A DNA stretch of 63,927 nt, counting the filler, from Aduncisulcus paluster (lineage: Eukaryota), in the NCBI GenBank assembly GCA_024181965.1. It is 6 parts of 6 records of this genome, joined end to end, with 100 filler letters (N's around TTAATTAATTAA, not from the genome) between each part and the next. Parts side by side here need not be neighbours in the genome. Positions count along the whole stretch, not along the records: positions 1 to 20,553 come from BQXS01011005.1; 5 more parts are not named here. One strand, 5' to 3'. Within the stretch, counting starts at the first letter, position 1, and every line of letters begins with the position of its first letter. A program made the translations under genes and the position numbers. Shown here piece by piece: positions 1-10,216 of this stretch. The notes under the pieces were generated by a model. It was not told where the DNA came from and ran no database searches. It saw nothing but the letters and a program-made list of their open reading frames with translations.

Positions 1-2914
1 ATGACACGTGCGTCGTGAGGTATGGTGAATTGCTGGACAACAGAGGGGAAGAGGAGAAAGAGAATGCAGGAGACGAGGAGGGTGAGAAGAAAGAGAATGT
101 GGATGCAGAGCCAGGGAATGGAGAAATAACGCATGCGAAGAATGGAGGAAGAGAGGAAGGGGGGAATATCCGACCAAGAATAGTCTGATCCGAGAGATCT
201 TCAGGTTCCTGTGTAGCCGTATCAACTCCATATATCCATGATTTAGACCCATCCAAGCCAGAATGAATACTCCACCCGAGACAGAGAGCATCTAACACAT
301 GCTCAACGATAGCGTGGGAGAACAGGGGGAGCAGGGAGAGTTGTTGGATGACAAATAAGGATACTTTGGTGGATGTTGAGAGTGCCATCGAGAGCGTCAC
401 AGCTAAATGGAATGATCGAGAGCAATGAAGGGAACTCACAGATGGAGACTTATGAGGAGAATAGCGATCAGAATCTGGCTTGGATGAACCCAAGCTGGAT
501 GAACGTCTACTGCCTCTGATGACCGATCTTCCGTGATAACGTGAAGAAGAATCGTCAGAAGATGAAGAGCGAGAGAGCAGAGGAATCGGGGCACCAAAAG
601 TTGATGCAAGTTGCTCTTCGACTTCAATCAGCATTGTTCTTTCCCACTCAGCTTCCATGGCATCTGTTTCATCAGAACGTTCCATCTCACGCTCTACTCT
701 CCTTTGAGATATCAGAGAGCTTCTCCAACGTTCTCGTTCGGCCTCTTCTCTTTCTCGAATCTTTTCATCAGATATCTGAAGACACTCACATATCACTTCC
801 CACCCTTCATGGACTTCCAATGATGTCAAGGGTGCAGTTGTTTCCTTCTTGAGAGAGTCTTCGGATTCCATCCCTTGTTGTTCCTGATTATCAGTATCCG
901 TCTCCCCTCTCGGTGCCCCTGTTTCTCCAGTGCTTACAAGTCCCAAGATCAATCGCTCATACAACCCCATCGATGTGGGAGCGGCAGAGAGAAGCACCCT
1001 GAGACATAGAGATGCGGAGGTACTCAATGAGAGCGAAGGACAGAGAATTAGGAAGAGAAGAAGAGAGATTCCATCGTGGTCGATAGCAAATGACCTGAAC
1101 ATATCGTCAAGGAGATTGGAAATGTTCCGGGTATGGGAAGAGGAGGAAGAAAGGAGTTTAGAATCAGACGCATCGGGAGTTGACCCCCAACCATTCTGAA
1201 CTTCTTCAGCTTCCTGGGATATACGAGAAAGAACCATCTCGAACACTTCACCGTACTTCTTTTGTGTCATTTCAACAAGGTCATTCTCTTGAAGTTCAGG
1301 AAGGGGCTCAGGGAGTTCAACATTAATACTATTCCCAGTCTCTTGGAGCTGAGCACGTTTTAACTCAATTGACAATCGCCGTTCTTCGTATTTCTCGACC
1401 TCGGTTTCAAGGTCTGTTTCAGCCGCCTCCATGGCTTCAGAAAAAATAGTGAACATGTCAAGCTTCTGAGATTTCGTTTGTTTGTCGTGAGAGGATGGAG
1501 AATCTAATATCTGGTCGGGTTTCACCTCATCGATATCAAGAGAACTGGCTGATTTAGGCTCTTGGGATGACCTCTTAAGAGTGAGGGAAAACCCATAAGG
1601 ATATACACAGGAACAGAGAGCAAAGAAGGATGTCAAGAAGTCAATATACGCCTTTATGGAGGGAAGTGGAGGAAGAATTGTATCATATGTTTCCTCAAAA
1701 ATCTTTGGGCAGAACTTTTGTGCCATTCTCAACCACAAACCTTGAGATCTCTTCCCATCAAGACCCCAAGAGCCAACCCAACCTCTAATCTTGGTTGTAA
1801 TGCGGATAACTCCTCTTGTTTTACACATTTCACTGACGATATCATCACATACGACGGTGCATTCAGGTTCACGAACACAATGTTGGTACAACAGAGTCAG
1901 AGCATTGGTCAGATGGAGTGAAACGAGTGGAGATGGTTCGAGTAAGAGCGAGGAAAGCATGGATGAGTGAACGGAGGACGATGACATCAAGAGGAGGATC
2001 GGTAAGAGGGAAGAATGGCCAAAAGAACTCCGGACAGAGGCTTCAGAGATGGAGTGAGAGGCTATCGAGGTGGTACGAGAGGCGATGAGTTGAGATCCGG
2101 TGTCTTCCTGCTTGGTAGCTTTGGCACGGCCTGTTGAAACATCAATATTGGGAGAATCAGTAAGGACTTCACAAAACATGCAAGCGATGAGTTGACGGAT
2201 AATTTCATCTTTACAGTATGCCAAACACTGCATCAGCATCTTTATATTCGTGTCGCTGCTCAAAATACTCATGGGTCCATTGACATGACGACAAATATGA
2301 ACAAGAAGAAAACAACATGATATCCTCAGAGATAATGAAGAAAATGTTGGAACATAGGGGGCTGTAGGATAATTTTCTTGGTTACTTGCAGTGTTACATG
2401 CTAAAACAGTTGAAGAAGGCAGGGAAGGAGCATATTCACTCTTTTCATGCATATCAAGTTTAAGCTCTAACAAACTGACACACAAATCAATAATTTTCGA
2501 ATTGTAGAATTGTTTAATACATTCTGCCCCAATTTTCGGATGAATGATAGTTTTGGCTTCACCGTGCCATGTACCATCACAAAACCTAAGAATTCGAATA
2601 AGAAGATTAATACAAATAGTTGCTGTTGCATCAGAAACGCAATATTGTTTAGTTTCAGTGGAAAACTGAGATTTTCCAGCAATATTAGACACCACAGAGA
2701 AAAGAGTTGGAAATAATTGGGAATCATTCAAAAAAATAATGTAATATAGGCGCTCAGGATCTAAATTACTTCCCAATAATTCATCAATAATTTCAAATAG
2801 TTTAGGAATTTCAGAGACACGCTCTGTATTGAGACAAGAAGCTATCTCAGTTGATAGAGATTTAAGAGTGTCCCTATCTCTTTCCCAAAATTCCTTTTTC
2901 GTTTGGGATTCCAT
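1..2914 (-). CDS. Large hypothetical protein (>970 aa, likely helical/ARM-like N-terminus, Ser/Glu-rich), 3'-truncated by the window edge
   Basis: Absent from the ORF track because there is no stop in the window. Read manually from ATG at 2914 (MESQTKKEFWERDRDTLKSLSTEIASCLN...). The frame was stop-free in every segment checked (2400-2914, 1440-1500, 840-900, 300-360, 1-60). Confidence 0.8.
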   Translation of the reverse strand, partial: MESQTKKEFWERDRDTLKSLSTEIASCLNTERVSEIPKLFEIIDELLGSNLDPERLYYIIFLNDSQLFPTLFSVVSNIAGKSQFSTETKQYCVSDATATICINLLIRILRFCDGTWHGEAKTIIHPKIGAECIKQFYNSKIIDLCVSLLELKLDMHEKSEYAPSLPSSTVLACNTASNQENYPTAPYVPTFSSLSLRISCCFLLVHICRHVNGPMSILSSDTNIKMLMQCLAYCKDEIIRQLIACMFCEVLTDSPNIDVSTGRAKATKQEDTGSQLIASRTTSIASHSISEASVRSSFGHSSLLPILLLMSSSSVHSSMLSSLLLEPSPLVSLHLTNALTLLYQHCVREPECTVVCDDIVSEMCKTRGVIRITTKIRGWVGSWGLDGKRSQGLWLRMAQKFCPKIFEETYDTILPPLPSIKAYIDFLTSFFALCSCVYPYGFSLTLKRSSQEPKSASSLDIDEVKPDQILDSPSSHDKQTKSQKLDMFTIFSEAMEAAETDLETEVEKYEERRLSIELKRAQLQETGNSINVELPEPLPELQENDLVEMTQKKYGEVFEMVLSRISQEAEEVQNGWGSTPDASDSKLLSSSSSHTRNISNLLDDMFRSFAIDHDGISLLLFLILCPSLSLSTSASLCLRVLLSAAPTSMGLYERLILGLVSTGETGAPRGETDTDNQEQQGMESEDSLKKETTAPLTSLEVHEGWEVICECLQISDEKIREREEAERERWRSSLISQRRVEREMERSDETDAMEAEWERTMLIEVEEQLASTFGAPIPLLSRSSSSDDSSSRYHGRSVIRGSRRSSSLGSSKPDSDRYSPHKSPSVSSLHCSRSFHLAVTLSMALSTSTKVSLFVIQQLSLLPLFSHAIVEHVLDALCLGWSIHSGLDGSKSWIYGVDTATQEPEDLSDQTILGRIFPPSSLPPFFACVISPFPGSASTFSFFSPSSSPAFSFSSSPLLSSNSPYLTTHVS

Positions 2915-3239
2915 AATTCAAGCAATAGTTTGACCTATTGTTGATGTAGCGAAGAATAGGATAGCCATTTTTGTTTGGTGCCATAACTTGTAAAAGACAG
3001 AATGTAGCATGGGTAAATTGGATAGGATTGCATGAAAAATTATTATTTCAAATTTATACTGTATATATATGATAGAAATGAGGATATCCGGATTGCTTTT
3101 TTTTGCCCTTGAATTTTGCATGATAGAATCAAAATATGATACGAAATGATTATGTTTATTGTAAATAAATGAATATCACCAGGTATTTATATATTTCCTC
3201 CATAGAAAAATGAGAGAAGATTATTTTCCCGACAATGAT

Positions 3240-5741
3240 TTAAGCTTTGTATCTTTCAAAAACAGCAACGAAGAATCCATTACACATTGAAATGAAAGGA
3301 TTGCTACGAATAACGCATTGAGCATCAGAATCCGACAAGCCACATCCCTTGAGTCCTCGAATCTTCCACTCTGGCATCGCATTCTTCAATCTCCATTTAT
3401 ATCCTTCCAAATCATATCCTTCCACCTTCTTCAAAGCTTCGGCAATTACTTTCTCATTTTCATCGCTGCATATAGAACACGTTGAATACACAACTATGGA
3501 GGAACATGGAGACATGAGGGCTGTCAGAAGCGTTGAAAGTTGATTCTTAATTAGTCCAGACATTACTTTTTGAGAGATAGAAGAGGAGAAGTAAGAAGAC
3601 AATGAAACCGACACCTCGGATATACGTGATGGTGAGAAAGAATGAGGTGTGAGAATCTGACTATCAGAAAGATCTTTCAAAAGAGGAGGAAGAGAATGAT
3701 ACATGGAGGAATGATCTCCCTCTTCTCCCTCTTCTCCCTCTTCTCCCTCTCCGTCGTCGAGCGATTCTTCATCATCTTCAAAGATACCCTTGTGGATCCA
3801 GTCGGCAACAAAGGACTCCACTCTCTCTCCCCGCATCCTGTCCTCTCCTTTAAACATACCTGTGGATGAGCAAGAGGGGTCAACAAGGATGTGAGTGGCA
3901 AGCCGAGTGAGAGACACAGAGAGATCCTTCGAAGCAGCTGGGGACAAAGTTGAGAGTTGTTTTCTTCCGCCACTGAGATCACGCATGGAAGAAAAGAATG
4001 TCGTAGATAGATAGTACGGATCTGTGGAAATTGTTGAGGATCCTGGAACAGGAGAGAAGCTCACGATGGATGAACAGTCAGCATGGACAGTGAAGACAAG
4101 ACCTTGAGATCCTGCTGGGGAATATACTCTGGACCTGAGCACTCTTTCTCTCTCGGAATCACGTTCAAAACTGAATACAACATGGGATGAACTAAGATCA
4201 GAGAGATGCAGAGTCTTTTGCCCTGGAGCTGCACAGTAATCGGCAAAGACAACATCTGATGGTTTTACCAAGGGGGACAATTTCACACATTCTCCTTGTT
4301 TATCCGCAGAATCTTTCAAAGGAGATGAATGCTTCCGTTGAATTTGTTTGATCAGAGAGAACATACGTTGAATACTCTTAGTCCGGCATTGTTTTTCATT
4401 GACAACGGACTCGATGTGTAAATGGGAGGAGTCCACCGGGGAGGAATTGTCTCGACGATTTGAGGAACGAGAGGAACGCCGTTTCCCCGTCGCTGCTTCA
4501 ATCTCTTTCTTCAATTTCTTCTTCTCTTTCTTTTCCGCCATTGCCTGCTTCCATTTCTTCCTCTTATCCGCCTTCTTTGCTCTCTTCTTCTCAATCGCCT
4601 CTTGGGTCTTATTGGTCGGTATTCCGGCAATGTTTTCACAGCACACAAGAGAAGGGAGTGTCGATGCTTTGTCTTGAAGGAGAAGAGAGCCAGATTGGTA
4701 ATGTTCACTCGACAGGAGAGGAGATAGAAGGCTAGGGGGAACAAGATAGAGAGATGGGATGAGAGGATCTTCCAAAATACTCGTAACTAGATCTTCACAG
4801 AACATCCATGAACCTGGAGGGATCTTTGGAACATCCGCAGCAGATGTAGTCGATTCAGGAGTGACCGTATCTGTTTTATCTTCATCTTTTTGAAACGATT
4901 TCCATAATTCCTTCAGTCGAAAGTGCTTGTCTTCGTGCCAAATGGATGCACAGACACAAGAGAGCTCAAAATCGCTGGAACACTTCGGGAAAATCTTGGA
5001 AAGATGATTTAAATCAACAAGGGGGATCGTATATTGTTCAGCGAAATCGTGCATTGCCCCTTCTTTCCTTTCACGGACATACAATGGGGTGATTGGAAAT
5101 TCAAGGGAACTCATCTTTGCACGGACAGCAACAGAACTATAGATTCTTTTATATACACGCTCAATGGTCACCTTGTTGCGGGATATTTCGCGTCTAATCC
5201 ACACGAAAGATGGGTGAATCTCTGTTTCTTCGGGGAGAACATGGACAGGAGAAACTAGCAATTCATGAAGCAGGATAAGGCACCTCAAAGCTATTTTCAT
5301 TCGTTGAATATTTTTCAATGGTGTCATATGGCGTCCACGTTCGGGTTTTCTTCTGTCAAATGGCCTCTTCTTTGAGATAAATACTTCATCTTTTGTAACC
5401 TGAGATATCTTTTTGAATAGACCACAAGAAGAAGCTGTTTTAGATAAAGTAACCCAATTATCGAGAAGTGAATTGCTGACTTTCATCAATACCTTACTTC
5501 TTTTTGGCTGGCCACCAATTTTATATATAAGGTTTTTTAGACCTCCTTTTTTCAATAAAAAGGGAACAAGAACTTGTTCTACATCATACACAAATGACCT
5601 AATTATTTAATGAGATATATATTAATAAATCATCACAAAGGAAACAAAAGTAAGAATAATCATGAAGAAACAATAATAAAAAAGAAAATTGGCAATGGAT
5701 CAAATTAATATCATAATTTAAAAAAACAAAAAAACATACAT
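3240..5741 (-). CDS. NSUN5: NOL1/NOP2/Sun-family RNA m5C methyltransferase, NSUN5/Rcm1-like; exon 1 (AT, 5740-5741) plus exon 2 (3240-5598)
   Basis: Motifs DYCAAPGQKT (SAM binding), ILVDPSCSSTG (motif IV; the DPSCS form is typical of NSUN5), VVYSTCSI (catalytic Cys, motif VI) and C-terminal NGFFVAVFER. The spliced N-terminus MSFVYDVEQVLVPFLLKKGGLKNLIY resembles NSUN5 N-termini. Confidence 0.8.
5599..5739 (-). other. Predicted spliceosomal intron (141 nt, GTATGT...TAG) inside the start codon of the NSUN5-like gene
   Basis: Minus strand reads ...ACAAATAT|GTATGTTTTT...AAATAATTAG|GTCATTTGTGTAT. Splicing creates ATG TCA TTT GTG TAT in frame with the ORF, which otherwise starts at GTG. Confidence 0.65.
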
Positions 5742-5967
5742 ATTTGTATCAATGGTTCTTGCTTCGAGAAAAAGGTGGATTGAAATCAAACGAGGTTAAT
5801 CAATTGATTTTGGTATTATAATATGCATTTATTATGTGAAAACAAATAATAATAATGGAATATTATATTTAAATTTAAACTGAGAATGAATTAAGGGGAA
5901 TAAAGATAACACCAATACCGGAAGATATCAAAACCCCATAAACAAAGAAGCAATGAAAGCTCTCTAA

Positions 5968-6104
5968 GGGCTCGAACCGAAGACGAATGATTATGGGGCT
6001 GATACTGGACAGGGCCACTCCTGTTTCGAGCAGAAGGAGGGTCAAGAACCCCACCCAGTTCGGCGTGCTCCCACAGACCGAAGTCCTGGGATCGCGATCG
6101 TCAT
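5968..6104 (-). ncRNA. Candidate structured non-coding RNA of unknown family
   Basis: GC-rich island in an AT-rich spacer. On the minus strand: UCCCA-GGAC-UUCG-GUCU-G-UGGGA hairpin with a cUUCGg tetraloop, a 10-bp stem CUGGGUGGGG/CCCUGUCCAG with G-U pairs, a closing stem GACGA/UCGUC, and a B-box-like GGTTCGAGCCC at the 3' end. Confidence 0.45.
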
Positions 6105-6321
6105 ATTAATAAAATGACATTAATTGGGTTATTATCCATAGCTCAAAAGAAAAACTACGTCTGTAGAAAAGAGAAGGAATTATGGATAATAAAAAATTTC
6201 ACACTTTATCATAAGTAGAAAGAAATGGGGACAACCATTGGCCTTTAAAATAATGTTGGTACTGATACAAACCAGCCTATCTGACCTTCAATATTGAAAA
6301 AAGATAAAAAACTGAATGAAA

Positions 6322-7017
6322 TCACGCGAAAGGATCAGCAAAATGATATTGCTTGTCATTTTTGGAAACATCGAAGATATCATCAAAATCACTCCCTTCC
6401 TCAGTACTCCCGGATTCAGAATCTTCAATGCCAAGTTTTCTCCTTTGTTCTTCTGCTTCTCTTTGACGAGATAGGAGTAATCTTCTTTTTTCAGAATATT
6501 CGAGAGCTTTTTTGGCTGCAATTCGTCTTCGCTCCCGAAGTTTCAGTTTCTCTTCGGCCTCTAACTTGCTAATGCGTAATATATCCTGTTTCTTCAGTAA
6601 TTCTTGTTTTTTACGTTGTCTTTCGAGAGATTTTGAAACTTTTACATACTTAATATCATATCCTATTGCAGAAGGAGTGATTGTTATTCCATTTTCTTCT
6701 TTTGCCAAATCTTTACAAAAGCTTGACAACGTTACCCATTTTGTAGATGTCATATGAACATGATGTTTATCTTGGATATATTCATTGTATACTCGATTTG
6801 CATTAACCGTACGATCTCGATATCTTTTAGATAACACAGCGACAAAACCCTTTTTAAATTGTTTGCTGAATTCATTTACAAGTTTTTCGGGATCATTGTG
6901 AAGCACTGAAAGCATTCTCTGATGTTGAGGAGTTTGAATGTGGTTTCTATAATCATTTTCATCGCGGCATTGTTTTTTACATACTGTACAATAGAATTTT
7001 AACTTTCCTAGGGCCAT
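6322..7017 (-). CDS. KIN17: KIN17/Rts2-like DNA/RNA-binding zinc-finger protein (short form)
   Basis: N-terminal LKFYCTVCKKQCRDENDYRNHIQTPQHQRML C2H2 finger and winged-helix segment ANRVYNEYIQDKHHVHMTSTKWVTLSSF, both diagnostic of KIN17. Confidence 0.92.
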   Translation of the reverse strand: MALGKLKFYCTVCKKQCRDENDYRNHIQTPQHQRMLSVLHNDPEKLVNEFSKQFKKGFVAVLSKRYRDRTVNANRVYNEYIQDKHHVHMTSTKWVTLSSFCKDLAKEENGITITPSAIGYDIKYVKVSKSLERQRKKQELLKKQDILRISKLEAEEKLKLRERRRIAAKKALEYSEKRRLLLSRQREAEEQRRKLGIEDSESGSTEEGSDFDDIFDVSKNDKQYHFADPFA

Positions 7018-7295
7018 AATAATAAATAAACTAGGAATATACCTTTAAGTACTTCAAAAAAAATGTTTGATATTCTTCAGAATCCGCACCAATCGAAAAA
7101 TTGATTTTATTGTTGGTATATCAATGGATTTAGATAATATTATTTTCATAAATTTTGTAAATGATTCAATGCGAATAATAATTCTTTTTTTATAGTTTAT
7201 TTATGTTCACAAAAATCATGTTGCCAACAAGATCTCACTTGAATTTTGAAATTGTTCATTTCTTCTGTATATCAAAATCCTCGGTGGTTATTGTA

Positions 7296-9503
7296 ATGAA
7301 ATTGGATGAAAAATACGTGAAGATTGCAAATGAATGGATAAAAAAGGCCAAATTATTTATTGAGGCGGAAATCAAGACCTTAGGGCCTTCCACACATTCA
7401 CCTTCATATATCGCCAATCCTGATTCAAAAGTTTCTTCCCTTCAAAAATTTGCCAATTGGTATGGAGTTCATCGTAAAATAGAGAGTAATAATTCAATTT
7501 TGATAATTTCTAAATTGCCAAAAGATATTACCAAAGTTAAAGATTCTTCCGATTCATTATTTTCTTATATTGAAAAGATCTTGGAATATGCAGCTTTTAT
7601 TCCATTTCGTCAGATGCATTTTGTATTTAATGGTGATTTTGATCCTAGATTTTTATTTATTGCTGCATATTGTCTTTCCCAATCCACAAAGACGCTTTAT
7701 GATCCTGAAATGGGCGATACTTCCATTGAGGCTTCTCTTAGTATATCTCACACCCGTTCAAAGATTATGAACTCTTCCATTTCTCGAATGAATGAGTTAT
7801 ATGATGGTTGTCGTGACCTTACATTTGATAAGAGTTTGGCCATAGCTTTATGTATTTTACGAGATTGTGATGATTCTTCATCTCCCACTTCTTATAATTT
7901 TAATCTTCAAGATGTTAAGTTATCTCTTAGTGAGATTAAGGTTCTGTTTGATTTTTTCAATGATTCATATGACACACAGGCCACTGATTATGACGATTAT
8001 AAAACAGAGGAGGACGAAGATCTCAGTTATTCAGACGAAGGGGAAAGAGATGAATATTGTGAGAAGGAATCCCCTTCTTTTGTTGGGCATTGTAACGTTC
8101 CGATCGCTAAACCAACTCGTTTTCCTGACAAATGTTTGGAGGATTTAGGAGAGGAGAAGAAAGATGAAGATGAAGGCAGTGTAGAATCATCATCTGGTTC
8201 CCAATTCCAAGAGAGAGAATGCGATCATCGTGATGTACTATCCTTCCATTCATCAATAGAGGCTGATCACGGTGCATCTTGTGACGACCATGCGACCAGA
8301 TCAGGCCCACCTTCTGAGCATCAGTCGGAGCGTGGAGATGATAACCATGATGTTTTGAATCTAAGTCATGATTTAGAGTGTGATCACCCACCTTTTGAGC
8401 ATCAGTCGGAGCGTGGAGATGATAGCCATCCTGTTATGAATGTATTCAATAGCATCGATATTTCGTGTAATTCCACTCTGACTACATCATCCGATAGCAA
8501 GTATAAAGATGATATTGTCGTATATATGTGTTTGATAATCAATACGATGAAAGATGTGAAGTCGTTTAATATCAGTGAATGTGGATTTAACAGTTTTGCT
8601 TGTCTTTTGTTTCGACTCTCCTGTATGCCAAAATTAGCATTACATTTGGAAAAGAATGATTGCCGAGATTTGGATATTATTCCACCATTTGTGGAACAAT
8701 TTACTCGTTTGAAGATGTTTGATTGGACGAAAAAGAAACCCAAAGTTAGGGAAAAATATGAAAAAAAACAAAATGAAGAGTTGGAAGGCAAATTAAAGGA
8801 CTTAAAGTCTGAAATGGCTCATGATCTACCTTCCTCTACAATTACCTTCAAATATGTTGTTAATTGTTTTGAAGAGTGTAAATCAACATATGATCCCAAA
8901 AAAACACCAAAAAAGAATGGAAAGGCAAGCGAAAAGTCAAAAGGAATCATTAAAAAACTCGATAAATTTCATATAGTAGATTTATTCGAAGACTATCCCC
9001 GGCTTGCAAACCTCAACAAAGCTAAGGTTTCAGCCGAGTTGTTCTGTTCATGTTCGAATATCCCCCAAATCTTCTTTCTGCCAGATTCAAGATCTTTTGA
9101 CTTTATTCCAATATATCAAACGTATGAATGTTATTTCCTTCTTTCTGCTCTTGTTGAGTCTATTTGCAGTTATAGAAAGCGACACTCCAAGGATCTTGAT
9201 TCTAAGGACGGTTCAGTCCATCGAGATTATGCTCTCTCGTTTAAATATTTCTGCTCTGATTCGCTTCATCCACTTGATGTCTATCTTCTTTCAATGATAT
9301 GTATCCTTGCCGAGGAAACTTTATGTTCAAATCTGAAGATTCATTTTATTCATTCTTCTGAAGAAAAATCATTTTGCCATAATTACGAAGAGATTCTCGC
9401 GAATATGATAAAGTCCAAGACGATAATATTCCAAAGAAGACAGAGGAGAACGGAAGGAGCAGGTGTGCCCGGTTATTCTGTTTTCCTTGATGAGCCACGC
9501 TGA
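7296..9503 (+). CDS. Hypothetical protein (~735 aa) with acidic/His-rich internal repeat and weak LRR-like segments
   Basis: Long ORF (track start 7203; ATG at 7296 preferred). Possible LRR-like motifs IDISCN, FNISEC, LHLEKN. No confident family. Confidence 0.7.
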   Translation: MKLDEKYVKIANEWIKKAKLFIEAEIKTLGPSTHSPSYIANPDSKVSSLQKFANWYGVHRKIESNNSILIISKLPKDITKVKDSSDSLFSYIEKILEYAAFIPFRQMHFVFNGDFDPRFLFIAAYCLSQSTKTLYDPEMGDTSIEASLSISHTRSKIMNSSISRMNELYDGCRDLTFDKSLAIALCILRDCDDSSSPTSYNFNLQDVKLSLSEIKVLFDFFNDSYDTQATDYDDYKTEEDEDLSYSDEGERDEYCEKESPSFVGHCNVPIAKPTRFPDKCLEDLGEEKKDEDEGSVESSSGSQFQERECDHRDVLSFHSSIEADHGASCDDHATRSGPPSEHQSERGDDNHDVLNLSHDLECDHPPFEHQSERGDDSHPVMNVFNSIDISCNSTLTTSSDSKYKDDIVVYMCLIINTMKDVKSFNISECGFNSFACLLFRLSCMPKLALHLEKNDCRDLDIIPPFVEQFTRLKMFDWTKKKPKVREKYEKKQNEELEGKLKDLKSEMAHDLPSSTITFKYVVNCFEECKSTYDPKKTPKKNGKASEKSKGIIKKLDKFHIVDLFEDYPRLANLNKAKVSAELFCSCSNIPQIFFLPDSRSFDFIPIYQTYECYFLLSALVESICSYRKRHSKDLDSKDGSVHRDYALSFKYFCSDSLHPLDVYLLSMICILAEETLCSNLKIHFIHSSEEKSFCHNYEEILANMIKSKTIIFQRRQRRTEGAGVPGYSVFLDEPR
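8315..8445 (+). repeat. Imperfect in-frame 81-bp repeat encoding EHQSERGDDxHxV
   Basis: tgagcatcagtcggagcgtggagatgata occurs at 8315 and 8396. Confidence 0.85.
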
Positions 9504-10216
9504 TCAGGCTGAATCTCATGTTCACAATAGTCCTGAGTATGACGATAATGAGTGAGAATCAATCACTCAATGATAAAAAATTTTTTATCATAAAAATTCA
9601 AACGTTATGCTAACTGAACCACGCAAAAATAATTTATTGTTCTCAATCTCAGATGGGCAAATATGCATCAAAATGGTGTGTATTACACACGTGTAACCAA
9701 ATGTTCCAGATATTCTCTTGATGTTGATTATATTTTAGTGGATAATTAACCCTCTATGAATTGGAATATAGGACTCACCAGAGACCTTTCAGCCATAGCA
9801 AGAGTGAATGTTACCATACGTACTATACTGTAGCATGTATTGGCTATTCAATGTCAGTACTATACAACATATTGATAATCTACACTATGTGATTGGATAT
9901 ATATTATAATAAACACGAAATATCTTGATCCAAAATATCCAATAAATACTTTGAAATTTTCTTAAAGAAACATTCAAAATACGAAAAAAAAGAGAGAAAA
10001 AAATCAGAAATCTTTAAATATTTATATTGCAAAATCAACAAACAAACAAAAAAAAAAAAACAATGCGGTTTATATCAGATTAAATGTAAGTGTTTTTAAC
10101 AGATTTCTCTTTTGTATATCCTAATATTGTACTATTATATACCATATAGTACAGTATAGTCTATTATATACCATATCAGAAGGAAATAGTACGGTTTTGT
10201 ACAGTATAATATGGAT

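Noticed and set aside
5968..5978. tRNA gene suggested by GGTTCGAGCCC
   Set aside because: No 5-bp T-stem, acceptor stem or cloverleaf could be built around it.
5968..6104. Assignment of the structured island to SRP RNA, RNase P/MRP, U6 or a hammerhead ribozyme
   Set aside because: Only short partial motif resemblances; diagnostic elements (SRP helix 8 GNRA, CR-I/CR-V, ACAGAGA, CUGANGA) are absent.
9421..9556. Possible frameshifted C-terminal extension of the 7296 ORF (…SHADQAESHVHNSPEYDDNE*)
   Set aside because: All three frames are briefly open here and there is no homology evidence to choose between them.
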